Shown here: positions 13,441 to 29,753 of the stretch, piece by piece | Layout: each line of letters begins with the position of its first letter | Position numbering within the stretch: position 1 is the first letter of the stretch | Assembly: GCA_964016885.1 (NCBI GenBank) | Contig: OZ024741.1 | Location: 67,828,001-67,892,000 of the forward strand | Origin: Eledone cirrhosa | Taxonomy: Eukaryota | Length of the DNA stretch: 64,000 nt | Reading direction: 5' to 3' | Program-made: the position numbers and the translations under genes | Notes under the pieces: model-generated | Database searches by the model: none | Seen by the model: the letters and a program-made list of their open reading frames with translations, nothing else | Told to the model about the DNA's origin: nothing

Positions 13441-13499
13441 ATTTTCTATTTTCTTATATTTGCAGGTAAGTTTATTTCTTATTGGTGAAATTGGTAAGA
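13441..13499 (+). promoter_or_regulatory. Candidate recursive splice site (CAG|GTAAGT at 13465/13466) with 28-nt cryptic exon and downstream donor TTG|GTAAGA
   Basis: Pyrimidine tract ATTTTCTATTTTCTTATATTTGCAG, no AG between 13348 and 13463, CTTAAC at 13407-13412. Confidence 0.6.
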
Positions 13500-14183
13500 G
13501 TGATTTTACTTTTTTATATTACGTATGTGTCTGCGGTGATATGTTTTGACGTACGTGAGAAAATGTGATGCTTCTGAATGCTTGTGTGTGTGTGTGTGTG
13601 TGTGTGCACGTGTGAGTGTGTGCACGTGTGAGTGTATGTGTTTGTTTGTGCGCAAGCATGCGTTAGAGACAGATAGAAAGAGAGAGAAAATAGCAATATT
13701 AGTTTTTCTCGCTTTATATATCAAAATGTGTTTTTACAATAGAAAACAAAAAACGAAGATAAATTATATATTATAAATGTCTTCCAAGATAACAAAATAA
13801 AGTAAAGATGTCTATCAGATTTCTTAATGTTTGGTGGTTGATATATAAATCTCCCTCAGCGACCACTGGATAGTATGTGGGCGTATCTCATGTATTATTG
13901 CTTGTTGTTCTAGCTGAATCTAAGCCAAAAAAGCAACGAAGCATCATTAGTTTATTAGAACTCACGACACATAAACATGTCATTCATGTGGGCATGATTG
14001 AGGAAGCTAGTATAAACGTAACTTTTCTTACAATAGAATTCTCCTTCTGAATAATAAAAGCCTATGAATCATAAAGTGCTTTGGAAATCGTATGAATATT
14101 TACCATGTATTAATGCATATATTGCCTTAATATTTACATAAAATTCTTTCGTAACATGAATTCTCACCCGTGTGTGAGTTTCT

Positions 14184-14285
<102 letters not shown>

Positions 14286-14345
14286 TAAAAGCACACACAG
14301 ATATGTATGTATGCATATATATTCATGGCTATATGTATATAAATG

Positions 14346-14401
<56 letters not shown>

Positions 14402-14737
14402 GATGAGCTGCACGAGAAAACATCTAGAGCAATATTTGATGTGATCAATATTCTTGATTGATCGTGGAAATTGGTAGCAATTTATTAGAGGTGTGATATT
14501 AGCAGTGCAGCTTCGAACTAATTGTTGGTATGATTAAGTAAAATATCAATATAGTTTTATGGAGGCAAGAATACGCTATAGATTCATGAATCTAAATTAA
14601 ATAATCACATCTATAGATCAGCAACAACTGCTTGCTTATCATCACCATCGTCCTTATCACCACTACTGCCATTATCATCATGTCACCGTCGTCACGAAAA
14701 TCCTTAAAAATATCAGCATCATTATTATAATCAACAA

Positions 14738-14872
14738 TGAGTTCAAATCCCGCCCAGGTTAGCTTTGCCTAAATAAAGTAAAATAAAGTACCAGTAATGC
14801 ACTGGGTTGATTTAATCGACTTTCCCCTCCCGCCCACCAATTGCTAGCCGTGTGCCTATGCTAGAAATCATC
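14738..14872 (+). mobile_element. Partial SINE
   Basis: Box B GAGTTCAAATCCCGCC and 3' tail GTGTGCCTATGCTAGAAATCAT. Confidence 0.75.
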
Positions 14873-14874
14873 AT

Positions 14875-15640
<766 letters not shown>

Positions 15641-16361
15641 CATCTACTTTATGAAACAATAAAAAACAATAATCAACAACATCATGACTATTAGTAGAGA
15701 TCGAATGTACATAATAATAATGGTTTCTAATTTAAGCACGACGCTAAGATGGCGGGAGTATATCGATTAAATCGACACCATTACTTGACTGGTTTTATGT
15801 TACCAACACTGGAAGTACGGAAAGTAAAGATGACCTCTGCATGGTTTGAACGTACCGAATGTTCATAATGTGGGAGATTGGTTCTTTTGTGTTCAGGCCT
15901 GGTGTATATAAGAGAGAATGAGTCTAAAAGCTGTTTCTTGTACAATAACACCAGTACCAACACAGATAGCTAGTTATATCACTAAATCCCGTAATCTAAC
16001 TCAGACAAAATTTCAGAAAATTCGGTTGATATGACTATCGATCAAATTGACCCCTGTTATCTGAATAGATTTATGCTATTGACGAGAGAAGAGTAAAAGA
16101 TAAATTTGACCTTGATGGGATTGTAACTCCAAAAGTAAAGAGCAGGAAAAAATATGACAAAGCATTTTGTTTGAGGCGTTAATGATTCTGCCAATCCCAT
16201 TTTACTTGCCAAATAATTATAGACAAAAACGAATCAACAACAATATTAATAATTCGTACTAACATTGGTAGAAGGCATACAATTTGGGTGTGGTAGGGCA
16301 GGACATCGATGGTACGGAGGACTGAATACAACTAATAAGGGGCTTACGTAACATATGTACA

Positions 16362-16471
16362 TAGAGAATATTCGAGAGAATATAAGAGAGAATTTTCGAG
16401 AGAATATAAGAGAGAATATTCGAGAGAATATAAGAGAGAATATTTGAGAGAATATAAGAGAGAATATTCGA
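16362..16471. repeat. 24-bp minisatellite (GAGAGAATATTC-GAGAGAATATAA), about 4.5 units
   Basis: Alternating 12-mers directly visible. Confidence 0.9.
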
Positions 16472-17481
16472 AACAAGCTCATCTCTAATAGGGACAACCG
16501 ACGTACCCAGACATTCTGGGTTTTGCTGAATACCAAGGGCAAATCTCCTTCTTCGATTGTCATTTCCATGCTTAGAAACACATGGGTAGACTAAGCTCAA
16601 TCAGTCAGGCCACAATTGCTATTCTGGACCACCTTGTGTCTTGGTTTCCCCTTGACTGTGGAGTGTAACTCATCAAATAGAAATATAGCAGAAAGACGTT
16701 CCTGACACAGCTGACTACACCTTCTCGTCGTTCACGAATCAGTGTAGATGCCTTTAAGTGTTCCTGCATATTATCTGCCAGAGAATTTCACGCTAAGCAT
16801 TTCACGCCGATGGTGTGGACGTCAAATGCATCGTCTGACCTTTGAAATGCAGCTCTTCATCAAGACATGGAAAACCATACACTCTAATCACCTTGAACGA
16901 AAACTACGTCGCGTTACGGAGGTCAGGCGATAGATTATAACAGGATCGATAGAGACAAGCGCGAGATTCTAGGTAATTTACCTTCAGCAGGGATAATTTA
17001 CTTTCGTCCCATTTCGTTAGCGACTGAAGATGGGAACTGAACCATACTTAAGTAATATAACTGTACTATTTGTGCAGCGCCCCAATGAAGCAATCTGATA
17101 TGTGAACTTGTTTTACAAGGTGCTGAGCCGCATGATCACCAAATTAACAGGGTTTATCTTTGCACCTATCACCACTTCGTAGTCCCTTGGTATGGTGCCT
17201 ACTATCTAGTATTCGTTCGTGTCATCATCATCACCATCATCATCATCACCATCATCATCATATTCATCATCACCATCATCATCATCATATTCATCATCAT
17301 CACCATCCTTATTATCATCATCGTCATCATCATCATCAACATTAATTATTTTCTCATTATCAATTGAAATTCAGAAACTTTGATATTTATTAAATGAATC
17401 AATATACACATATGCATATATCAATATTATACATCAATGAATCTCTTACTCTTTCGCTCAGTCTCTTTACACACACACACA

Positions 17482-17544
<63 letters not shown>

Positions 17545-17555
17545 CTGTGTGTGTA

Positions 17556-17592
<37 letters not shown>

Positions 17593-18552
17593 GAGTATGT
17601 ATCTGTCTTTCGTTGGGTGTGAAAGATGGCGATTGATTAATACTAAGTAAATTTAATATCAGGATATTCGCGATTTAATATATCCTTATAGCATTTCAAC
17701 GAATTCTCTCACGCAAATATTGGTTTCCTACACTCTAAGTCCAGCATCATTTTTCATATATTCAGCCTTATTTATAGATTAATTTCGGAATGGCAACTTC
17801 CATGCATATGGAAATCTTATGAGTATTAACGCTGAATAACTCGAAGAGCAAAAGCTACATATAGATATACAAACGCACTCACACACTCACACGTATATAT
17901 ATATATATATATATATAGGTATGTATGTATAATGTATATAAAGCACCTAAAGTTCGATTTACAATTATTATATATATATATATGTACGTGTGTGCATGAT
18001 TATGTGTGCGCGTGTGTATGTGTATGTGTATGTGTGTGATAGAGAGACAGAGAGAAAATGAGTCCATGTGTATATATATATATATGTATTATATAAATAT
18101 GTGTGTGTGTGTGTGTGTGCCTAAATGAATATATGTGAAGTGAGATATTCTACGAATATGATCAATAATTTGTGCATAAATGTATGTGTCTATGTGTGTG
18201 TATATGCATGTGTGTATGTATGTATGTATGTATGTATGTATGTATGTATGTATGTATGTATGTATGTATGTATTTATGTAGGTAGGGAGTATTTAGGAAG
18301 GTAGGTGTATGAACACAGACCAATATAAAATAGTGGATTCGTATTAGAATAAGAAATGAAAAAAACATTGGGATAGATATAAAATAGATATTTAGGAAAA
18401 ACTATACGGATAAATAGCTGAATGGAAATTTCCATTCAATAGTTCAATTTTGACGATAGGGGTCTTACATCGAACAAATATCTACGTTTTGCTTCTCGTA
18501 AAGCATCCTGTGCTAATTTGAATAACGTTTTACTAGGCATTTAAGTAGCAGC

Positions 18553-18641
<89 letters not shown>

Positions 18642-18714
18642 GGAAGAGATAAAGATAGAAAGAGCGGGAGATACACATACACATCTATGTATATATACAA
18701 ATATATATATATAT

Positions 18715-18893
18715 AATTGTTTCTACTTTTGGCACAAGGCCACCAATTACTCAGTGCATTACTAGTACTTTATTTTATCGACCCTGTAAGGATGAAAGGC
18801 AAAGTTTAACCTCGGCGGGATTTGAACTCAGAATGGCAAGGGCCGTAACTCTATGCGTCAAAGCATGGCGTCCGACGCTCTACCGATACTGCC
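18715..18893 (-). mobile_element. SINE copy
   Basis: Matches the family consensus. Confidence 0.9.
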
Positions 18894-18936
18894 ATATATA
18901 ATATATAGTTGGCAGGACTAGCATATGATTTCCCGG

Positions 18937-18992
<56 letters not shown>

Positions 18993-19002
18993 TGCTATTA
19001 AG

Positions 19003-19052
19003 TTTGATATGATCTGGGCCAACACTGGCCGAAACCTATCAGAATCATCAAA
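19003..19052 (+). ncRNA. Degenerate hammerhead relic between two (TA)n tracts
   Basis: TTTGAT/ATCAAA stem I, GGCC-AACACT-GGCC stem II, GAAA, UC before stem I; the CUGANGA box is corrupted (ATGATCTG). Confidence 0.4.
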
Positions 19053-19066
19053 GTTATATATATATT

Positions 19067-19161
<95 letters not shown>

Positions 19162-19477
19162 GGGAAGATGTAATCATGGAAAGTTATTACGATAAAAACC
19201 ATATCTAAGTTACACGAAACACCGATAAAACAAATGCCTTGATTTATTGAAAGGTGACTCTTGACTGACTAGTTCTGTTTCTTTCAGTTAAGAAAATGAT
19301 AGAGTTGCTTTAGCTAACCTTTTCTTGACTTATATGAGTGATTGATCAGATTAGATCGTGTGGTTGTAGTGTTATTGACATTTGTGGAGTGGTCAAAAGA
19401 CGTTTTACAGTTGCATATTTAAATGAGGAGCTAAGAGATGTTAATACAGACTTATGAAAATGTTGATGGAGCTACTG

Positions 19478-19810
19478 AGTTCATCCTTACACGGTCGATA
19501 AAATAAAATACCAGTAATGAATTGCGGTCGGATTCATCGACTTCCCCTTCCCCCAAAATTGTTGGCCTTGTGCCTAAATCAGAAACTATTCTTTGTTTCG
19601 TGCGGTGGATTGGCAGCATCGATAGAGGGTCGGACGCCATGCTTTGCTGTATAGAGTCACGTCCCTTTACGGCCTGAGTTTAAATCATGCCGAGGTTAAC
19701 TTTGCCTTTCATCCTTACGGCGTCAGTAAAACAAAGTAACAGTCACGCACTGGGGTGGGTTTAATCAACCTCCCCAATTGCTGGCCTTGTGTCTATATAA
19801 GAAGCTATTA
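19478..19810 (+). mobile_element. Partial + full SINE copies in tandem
   Basis: Tail GGCCTTGTGCCTAAATCAGAAACTATT, then head GCGGTGGATTGGCAGCATCG. Confidence 0.85.
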
Positions 19811-20163
19811 TATGTGTGTGTGTGTGTTTGTATTTATGTGTGTATACATACGTATAAATGTATATGTCTATATGTTTAGTTGCAATTATGAATCAATATG
19901 TACAGACAGTAAAATGCTTTAGTTTATAGACTAAACCCACATACACACACTGACGACCATAAACATATAAATACACATACTGTGTGTGAATTTATTAATG
20001 AAATTCCTACTATGAAAGAAACTACTTTCGTAGCAGTACATTAACAATTGTACAATCACATACTTGCGTGCGCCCGAAAAGTCAATGTTTATGTGTTTAG
20101 TCTTTGTATGCGATCACTGTGTTTCTACATGTAACTCTCTGCATCTGTGTGTGCGCGCGAACG

Positions 20164-20213
<50 letters not shown>

Positions 20214-20614
20214 TTCGTTGTAACCTCCTCCCCCTATACACACACACACACACACACATATATATATGTGTGTGTGTATGGGGGGGAGTACGAGGTTACA
20301 ATGAAAGCTTCATTGAACGAAATATATTTAGTGTCTATACATATGATTGTCCTTTGTTCAATCAGCTGTATCCCTGAATAAACTTGTTATTTCTATTGAC
20401 TTCTTTTAATGGAGGATATATGATGAATTATATCTCTCAGACCACTCCCAAAGATATCAATTATGTGAATCCTTTCCTTTGACGCACAACATTTTCTACT
20501 AATTCACTTTCGTTGTAGTTGTTGTTGTTCGATTTGTATAGCTGCAGTTTTGCCTTGATCAAACAGAATCATTTTTATTTCTGGGGCGACCATCCTCACG
20601 ATTTATGAGTATCA

Positions 20615-21102
20615 TCTTGGTAGAGCGTCACACACCATGCTCTGCAGCACAGAGTTATGGCCCTTTAAGTTCCGAGTTCAGATCCCTCCGAGGTTAACTT
20701 TGCCTTACATCCTTACTGGATCGATAAAATAAAGCACCCGTAATATACTGAGGTAATTGCTGACCTTGTGCCAAAAATAGAAACAATTATTACATTCCCT
20801 TGTGTGTCTCTACATATGTTATTGTGGTAGAGATTTGACTACTATTTATTTAAGGTTTCTGGACTACTTATAAATGACTTCCTTGGTTCCATTATTATTT
20901 ATTACGAGGTGAGAGGATTGGCAGTATCGGTAGAGGGTCGGATGCCATGCTTTGAAGCATAGTTACCTCCCTTTATGATCTGAGTTCAAATCCCGCCGAG
21001 GTTAACTTTACCTTTCATCCTTACGGGGTCAATAAAATAAAGTACCAGTAATGCACTGGGTATTTGCTGGCCTTGTGCAAAAAGTAGAAACAATTATTAT
21101 TT
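20615..21102 (+). mobile_element. Two SINE copies (20615-20790 and 20905-21102)
   Basis: Box A/B, central domain and (ATT)n tail. Confidence 0.85.
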
Positions 21103-21856
21103 ATTACGACGTTCACTTGTAACTCACGTTCTTAGTAACGTTGCATGCAACAGAAGCAAATTCACTGGATTGTTCATGTTGTCCGCATGAACAATATGCG
21201 TAAAGCAAATAAATCCTCTATGACAAGCTTGTCATCCAGAAGAAATACTAAATAGATAGACTGAATTATCATTGTAAACCATGCTTGAAATTCTGCGAAC
21301 ATCTAGCTCGGAACTGGCCTCCGTCGCGCATCCCCATAAGAAATGGTGCAACATCCTTGCAAGATACTCGAATTCGTAATGTAGAAACCAAACGTGAGCT
21401 CAGTAAATCCTGCTCAAAGATACCACAAGCGAAACAATTTCCAACTTGTGCCCTACATGTGACCGCTATTTCTTATCCGCCATCTGCGGTGCGGACATTT
21501 GAAGCACAAGCAGATAAGTAACGAAAGCCATTGTCTTAATTGATCACAGATAAATTAATAAGCCAGCCTAACCACTCTCGCTGGTTGATTAAATATATAA
21601 CATTGAACAGACTGAGGCTAGATTAAAAAGAAACAATAGCAGAATAATTACAGAGCTGGCGAAAATTCATTATGGTGTTTCTTCCAGTGCCTTACATTCT
21701 AGGCTCACACACCTCCGTTCAGTTTCAATAAAATATACTGCAATTCCAGAATTTACGGAACAATTCCACATTTTATGGACAAAATCCTTTGCGGCGATGT
21801 GAATAGACCTGTCTCCTCTATCTTTCTATTTCTTCTTTAATTTCTCATTATATTTT

Positions 21857-21885
21857 CTGATGAAGGACTAGCCTCCAAAACGTTA
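21857..21885 (+). ncRNA. Degenerate minimal Penelope-type hammerhead (G12 mutated)
   Basis: CTGATGA-AGGACTAGCCTCC-AAAA-CGTTA, same layout as 8976-9007. Confidence 0.45.
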
Positions 21886-23439
21886 AGACTGTGTTCCTAC
21901 TATATAAAGCGTGAAACTAATAATATATTTCTTCATTGCATTGTGTCGTTTGCTTTGTTATTGCTGTTTGCCTTTTCTATATATGAGCGCGTGTGTGTGT
22001 GTATATATATATATATATATTCATATATATATATATATATATATAACACTGTATTGATTATTTTTATTTATCGTTTGTACAATACAATATATAAATGTAA
22101 GTGTAAGTGTGTGTATGTGTGTTATATATTATGTCAACAACAATTAAGTGTCACCTAACATTTTATAGTTAATTATATTCGTGACCCTTGTGTTTAGCGA
22201 TGTAAATGTCAAGTGTCAACTATAATAGGCGCTTCACTGAAACCAAAGAAAAACGTCTTTAAATTAGGTGCAACAGCAGATAGCGAAATGACTAGGGTGT
22301 GAAGCATCTAACAGCAAAGTATAAAGCACTTTCACTAACAGGGATATTTCCAATTGAGGAAATATATTTTAATTTTTATTCATCTTTGTTTTTTTTTTAA
22401 CTTGTAAACGCTTTATATGGTGAAGTCAATACAAATCAAATTAGATCTATAACAAATATTTTTCACAGAAAATAAAATCATTCTATCTTATATACAATTA
22501 TATACAGCAGGTCCAAACACAAAAGAACTAAACTTCCACTGTCACTGCCTCTGTCTCACTCACTCTCCCATCTCTCACTATTGTGAGCAAATGGAGGCCC
22601 GCGCGCTGGCCGCCCCGTGGTCCCGGTGGAGAGAATAGAGAAGGCATTTCCACGGAGGATGATGAGGGAGACGCGCTGGTAGAGCCATTCCAGCTCGATC
22701 TGAGAAAAACTCAGTCATGACACTCAAACTCGTATGTTTTTTATGACATTATTGTTATTTTTATGACATTATTGTCCAAATTGGAATCTTTATATGGTCC
22801 CTCGAACAGCAAAGTCTGTTTGTCTAAGTATTGGCTGCGCCCATTACATTCGGAGGTAGACAAAAACCTGTGAGATCAGTGGTGTCCACGAATATTTAAG
22901 ACAAGAAAATACGATTTGATGAACTTTTCGTTGATATTTATATCAGAAGGAACAAGCACGTGGAGACTATGCCGTATCAAAAAAGTGCATAGTTTCATCC
23001 CCTATATTGTGTCTTCCAATTATGCCTTCCAGCATAGGCTCGCATCAAACAAGGTCTTGTGAGTGAACTTGTGTAGACAAAAAATATCAATGCGTTTTGA
23101 CTTTTTAATTTCCAGAATCGTTTGTGTTTCTACACTGTTTTTACGGCAGCATTAAATCGTTTCATAATAGGCATTGGTCTGGGTAATCAAGGTTGACCAG
23201 TGGCTAAACAAAAGCAACAAGAATGACACACTTTATGTGCTTTTGCACAATCCTTGAAAAGTCTGATCCCTGGTCCTATCTTCTTGCAATATTTTAATAC
23301 AATGTTTGAATTTCCTGCAGCATAACGGAGCCGAATCCGAAACTACAGCTTTCTACAATGAAACAGTACCCCTGATATTCATTGGAGAATATTTTCTGTA
23401 AAATTCTAAAATACCTGTCATCTCCATAATACTTTATTA

Positions 23440-23627
23440 TTATCGGTAGAGCATCGAAAAATATGCTTTGTGGTATAGCGTTATGGCCCTTTACGTTCCG
23501 AGGTGAGCTTTGCCTTTCATCCTTATGGAGCCGATAAACTAAAGCACCAGTAATGTACTGGGATCGATTTATCCACTCCCCCGCTTCAAATTGCTGACCT
23601 TGTACATAAAGTAGAAACAATTATTAT
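23440..23627 (+). mobile_element. SINE copy (diverged)
   Basis: TTTGCCTTTCATCCTT...TTGCTGACCTTGT...GTAGAAACAATTATT. Confidence 0.8.
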
Positions 23628-24079
23628 AATTGTCCACATCGTACATAATGTTACATGTATAACAAGAGAGAGTCTCTATGGGACTGATTCCACTGTTATC
23701 AATATTAGCTAAATATTCATCAAATCGTGTCCTACTCGCATAGATGGACAACACCATCTATATCACCGGCCTCAGAGAACCTGCGAAGGTCTAACCACCC
23801 CTCTAAACAAAACCAATTTTTAAAAATTGTAGTCCCATATGCTCTATATCTAACGAAAAGTGGTGTGGTAAAGTCTGGGACGAATTTTATAAAATGTTTT
23901 CTCAATCAAGGCTGATTTGGCTCGAAATAAAAACACTATCAGTCGTTCAACTAGATCCCAGACCTCATTTGCCTTACAAGTGGGGCTGAGCTCTTCAAAT
24001 CGGACCAAGGAAACAATGTTTCCATTGATCTTTCTAATTGCTAATACTATCACCTGGTTGCTAATCCAGGCAGAAGGAC

Positions 24080-24160
24080 CAACGTGAAATAAAATGTCTT
24101 GCTCAAGAACATAATGGATCACCCGGTCCGAGAATCGAACTTACCATGTGATGGTGGTTC
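24080..24160 (-). mobile_element. CORE-like tRNA SINE fragment
   Basis: TGTCTTGCTCAAGAACA...CCCGGTCCGAGAATCGAAC is the reverse of box B plus a CORE-like segment. Confidence 0.5.
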
Positions 24161-27100
24161 AAGTCAATACTATAATCTAAAAAGACGCGATAATATCGAT
24201 GGTGCTGACGTTGTTTTCGTTTAGTACCACGTCTGTTAGACGTGATTGAGCAGACATATTATCAAACGTGTTCCAACTGTGACCGTCTCATCGTCTCAAA
24301 CATAGATCATTCAGTAGATTATTCATTATAGTTTTCCATGAGTGATTTGGGAGAGATTTTACTGGTATTTCTAGCATATCAAATGACCGCCCAGACACTC
24401 TGCCACTGGTTTGCGATGTAATGAAACCTATAATCATCGATTACCTAATACCAATTCCTCGTTTGATTGATTGATACTCTAGTGGCTCTCTCATCTGTCT
24501 TCGACCAGAACATAATTTAATATCGACGATGATTTCAGAATCAATAATATTTAATCACCATAGCTCTTTATTTATTGTTTAATATAGTTATATTATTAAC
24601 CACAAGCGTTATCATAACCATCATATTATTTAATTAAAACTAGTGAGATAAATATTAAAATCAATTCGAAATTCAAAAAGCTCTGTGGTGTTCTGTTGCT
24701 TCCGTTTAACATTTGACCTTAGCTTCCACTGGAGTTGACTCCTCCTTTCATTAGACCGGAATCAATGACTTCTTCTTTTTATAAATTAGCCAAAAAGAAT
24801 GATGGACAAAATATAAGATCTTTTTCAGTTTCTTGCCGACAGATAATAACGATGTGGCTTGTACATTCTAAATATATTCAGATTAATATTTGCAGAAAAA
24901 ACGTGACCAGTCAGATAATAGGAGTGACTGGGTCGAATGCTTGCAAAAGAATGATCTATATATAATCATATATACCATAATAATCTACATATAATCACCT
25001 AACGTGATTGGGTTAAACCGAGTGGCATATTACACGTAATACGTCTATATACCTAAAGTACCGCGATTTATTGATTCGATGAAACATTACCGCCACTATA
25101 GACCTTCATATAAGGAGGCAACGAATTGGCAGAATCATTAAAACATCGGATAGAATGCATTGTGGTATTCGTTCCGGCGCTCTGCACTCTAACACCGAGG
25201 TAATATTTGCCATTCATCATTTTGGGGTCGATAACAAAAGTACCAGTCTGCTACTGTAGTCGGTTCTACCTCTATATCTCTCTCTCACTTCGTGTATCAT
25301 TCTATCTAAAAGAAATCAGCTGTTTTCAGATATTAAGAAGGGACGGGCCCCACCGGGTATAAAGTGCCTTATAATTTAATGAAGCGCCTTATAATTCAAT
25401 CAAGCAATAGGGGACCATACATACACTCCAATAATAGAAATCTTCATTTAAATGAACGTATTATAAGGATTACAGTATTTAGGTTGTGTTAACAAACTAA
25501 AGCACTTCACTTTTAAAAAAGAATAACTGATGTTGTCTCAGCTTTTATTTCGCTATGACCACAGATTTGGATTGTATAATCAGCTACACACTTCTAAAAT
25601 AATGCTAACAAATATATCGACAGATTTTATCTCGGATATTGTTTATAATCAAAAAACCGTTATCAACGGCTCATTATGCGTTAAGCAAGTGACTCAAGCC
25701 ACTGAACTTGCTACGATATCGCTGGAAACAATTAAGGATTTAATGGAAATGCTTTATGTTTTATGCAATCGATCCAAGCTATATATTCACACGAAAGAAA
25801 CTATATCATGCTGTTTACTCATCTATTACCTAGCAATATACAAACATCGTCCCGAGAGATATTATGTAAAGGTAATTGGTGAAAAGAAAACAAAAGGGGA
25901 AAAGATTTATATTTCGAAATGTTTCGTTTCAATTCCGGTTAATTTATGTATATTTTTAATTTTCCTTTTTTTTTTCTTTTTCGTTTAACTAAGGTTGTTA
26001 GATTAGACTGACGGTTAGATGCGTTCTTCCGTGTAAATATTTATTAGATAGTATTTGTGGCGGCACCGTATACATTATTGCTACTGACATTTTGATGGGT
26101 TGTTTATCATATAAATTGTTGCTATACATTGTTAGCTGAACATTGTTAGCCCATCTTATTGCCATTCAAAATTGTGTAAGCAGGATAACAAGGAATGGAA
26201 TGGAATATAGTTATTTTAATGATCGCGTCTCTCGGCGGATAAATAATTCCCAAGGATATCTAAGTATTATATTATCTGCCAGCACATCAGTGTAGCATCT
26301 ACACATAGTAATAGTAATCTCGTTGTTTCTGATTAGAAGCGTATTCATTCATTGTTAAAAAATTAGCTGTGTGGCATAAAATATTAATTAGAGAAAACAG
26401 CTGTTTACTTTCAAAAAGAAACCGAGAGAAAACTAGCATAATTGGTTTGTCCGGATTCTAACTACAGTAAAGATACAAGCAAACAGATCTTATGCTATGG
26501 TTTTCATTAAATGCTTGTTTGGTATGATAAGCATGAAGACCAATAATGCATTACACTAACTCATTTATATATTAGTACATATGCGTTATTGGCTGCTTTT
26601 ACATGAAAATAGATTCTTTTCTTTCTGGGTGGAGGAACCGAATGTTGTTGTCAAATATACAAGAATATATTGGGTTGAGAGAAAAGATACAACCTGACTA
26701 AATATTTTGAAATCAGACATGTCAACTCTCCTCATCCGACAGGGAGATCGCCAACCCACTTTGGGGTAGGTGAGAGATGTCTTTTCTTGTGAAAATGGGT
26801 ATAGATTTCATTACGTAAAATCTCCACATTTTCCCTCATTTCGCCCCGTTTTGGGGCACTTTTTTTCATGGTACTTCCAGTTTGGATGTTAAGAGGTTAG
26901 CAGGGCTGTGATACCTCTTTCTTTTTTTCCCCTATATTTTGTGTTCAATTCACACTAAGGTCTGTATTATCTTTCAATATATCAGAGATCGATAAACTAG
27001 GAAGAGGTTATGTACTAGTCTAATACTACTCAGTAAAATCACTACTTATGAATAAATAAGTCATATTGTTAATGTTGTAAATCGTTTTAAATAACCGATC

Positions 27101-27724
27101 TTCATTCGAGCTTTTGTTAGCCTAATAAAGAAATCAATTTCATGGTGTGGTTTATCAATATACATAATATGACTTTTTCACAGATTCACGATATCAAATA
27201 CTTAATGTGTAGTGAGACACTAGGTTGTATGCCTCAGGAAAAAATTGATGGTTTATATTATTGGCACCAAATATTAGTCCTCACCAAAACCCTACATATT
27301 TCACTAAGTGCGTGTAAGAAAATTTACAATATACTAGAAATAGATACCAAATATCAAATCCCAATTTGAAAGGGTTGACAATATTGCTTGGCTAACTAGA
27401 AATAACAGCCAATTCTCAAATCCTAAATTCTCAATTTGAAAGAAATACAGAGTTGACAATAGTTTAAGTAAAAAGTAAAAGTGTAATTATTTTTTCAGAT
27501 ATATCAAGACCTTTTGTGAAAAAGTATTGACAGTTAAATCTTTTCAGTGTATTGCTTTATCTTCTCAATTTCGAACTTAGTTAAATGCAGAGCAAATTAA
27601 ATTTAATGGGATTTCACCTGAATCCATAACATAAATGTATTCAGGGTCAACAAAATGTTTACTCACATAGATATAGAATAGTTTCATTTTTTTCGTACGA
27701 CTAAAGAAATTAGAGTAAAAGATG

Positions 27725-27777
<53 letters not shown>

Positions 27778-27842
27778 TCACAGCTCATCTGAGTTGGTAT
27801 TGCATCATAAATGACTGAATCCCACTGATTTTGCAGCGCGTG

Positions 27843-28610
<768 letters not shown>

Positions 28611-28629
28611 TCTTTATATATATATATAT

Positions 28630-28692
<63 letters not shown>

Positions 28693-29078
28693 TAGATATA
28701 GATATATAATAAAATTAAGGAAGATCGCTAGTATAAATTAGACGTCCTCCGGCCAGCGTCTAGCTCACTCAATGAATCTGGTGAATTGCAGTAATGTAGC
28801 TGCAATCAACTGTTCAGAGTGCATATATTTAGTTAAGACTACATACGTTGGCTGTGTTTAGGTAGAGATAGATGTAAATATCTCCTATCATGGACGATCG
28901 TTTCTGAGCAATATTACTTTACAAATGCAAATATTACGTTCACAATGTTTAGAAAATCACGCAAAATCACCGGATATTTACGTATTGGGAGCTAACACGT
29001 CTTCAGCAGGCTGCCCATATCATACGATAGGTCTGTGTAGTGTGAGCTAGCCATCACTACTGGATAAGCTATCCAGCA

Positions 29079-29137
<59 letters not shown>

Positions 29138-29379
29138 TAAATAAATATATATATATATATATATATACATATATAAATAAATATACATATATATATATTT
29201 ACACACACACACACGCACACGCACACACACACACACACACACGTGTGCGTGTGCATGTGTGTGTGTGTGTGTAAGTATATATATATGTATATTTATTTAT
29301 ATATGTATATATATATGATGGACTTTTCCGTCGTATATTGACGTATGAGGGTTCACCATTCTTCTAGTCCAGTTGGTGA

Positions 29380-29753
29380 TTTACACCAGCCGCAGATGGC
29401 AGAATGTTCAGCGGAGCAGGAGAGAATATTTGATCAGATCTTGGTGTTAGTTAATAGATCACAAAGAGTGACTAAACGAGATTTTTCAAAGATCTGTATA
29501 CCTTCATGACAAGCAGTTCTCCATTTTCCCCGATCAAGAGCTAGGGCTTCAAAAGAAGTAAGATGTATGTTCACAGATTTAAGATTGTACTTCAGTTTAT
29601 CTTTATATCTGAGTTAAAGTCTGCCTACATTAGTGCACCTGTATGAAGTTGATTATATAACAGTACCTTGGGTGTGTTGTTTTCAGTCATACGTAGGATG
29701 TGACCAGCCCATCTGAGTTGGTATTGCATCATAAATGACTGAATCCCACTGAT
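29380..29753 (-). pseudogene. RTE-clade LINE ORF C-terminal fragment
   Basis: Minus strand translates as SGIQSFMMQYQLRWAGHILRMTENNTPKVLLY, the RTE-type LRWAGH..RM...PK..LY motif. Confidence 0.8.

Noticed and set aside
25530-25988. 152-aa ATG ORF in non-repetitive sequence
   Set aside because: No recognisable domain, AT-rich codons and a poly-T end; likely a chance ORF.
27490-27560. Acceptor-like TTTTTTCAG possibly opening a host exon
   Set aside because: No convincing donor or sustained reading frame follows; cannot be supported without RNA data.
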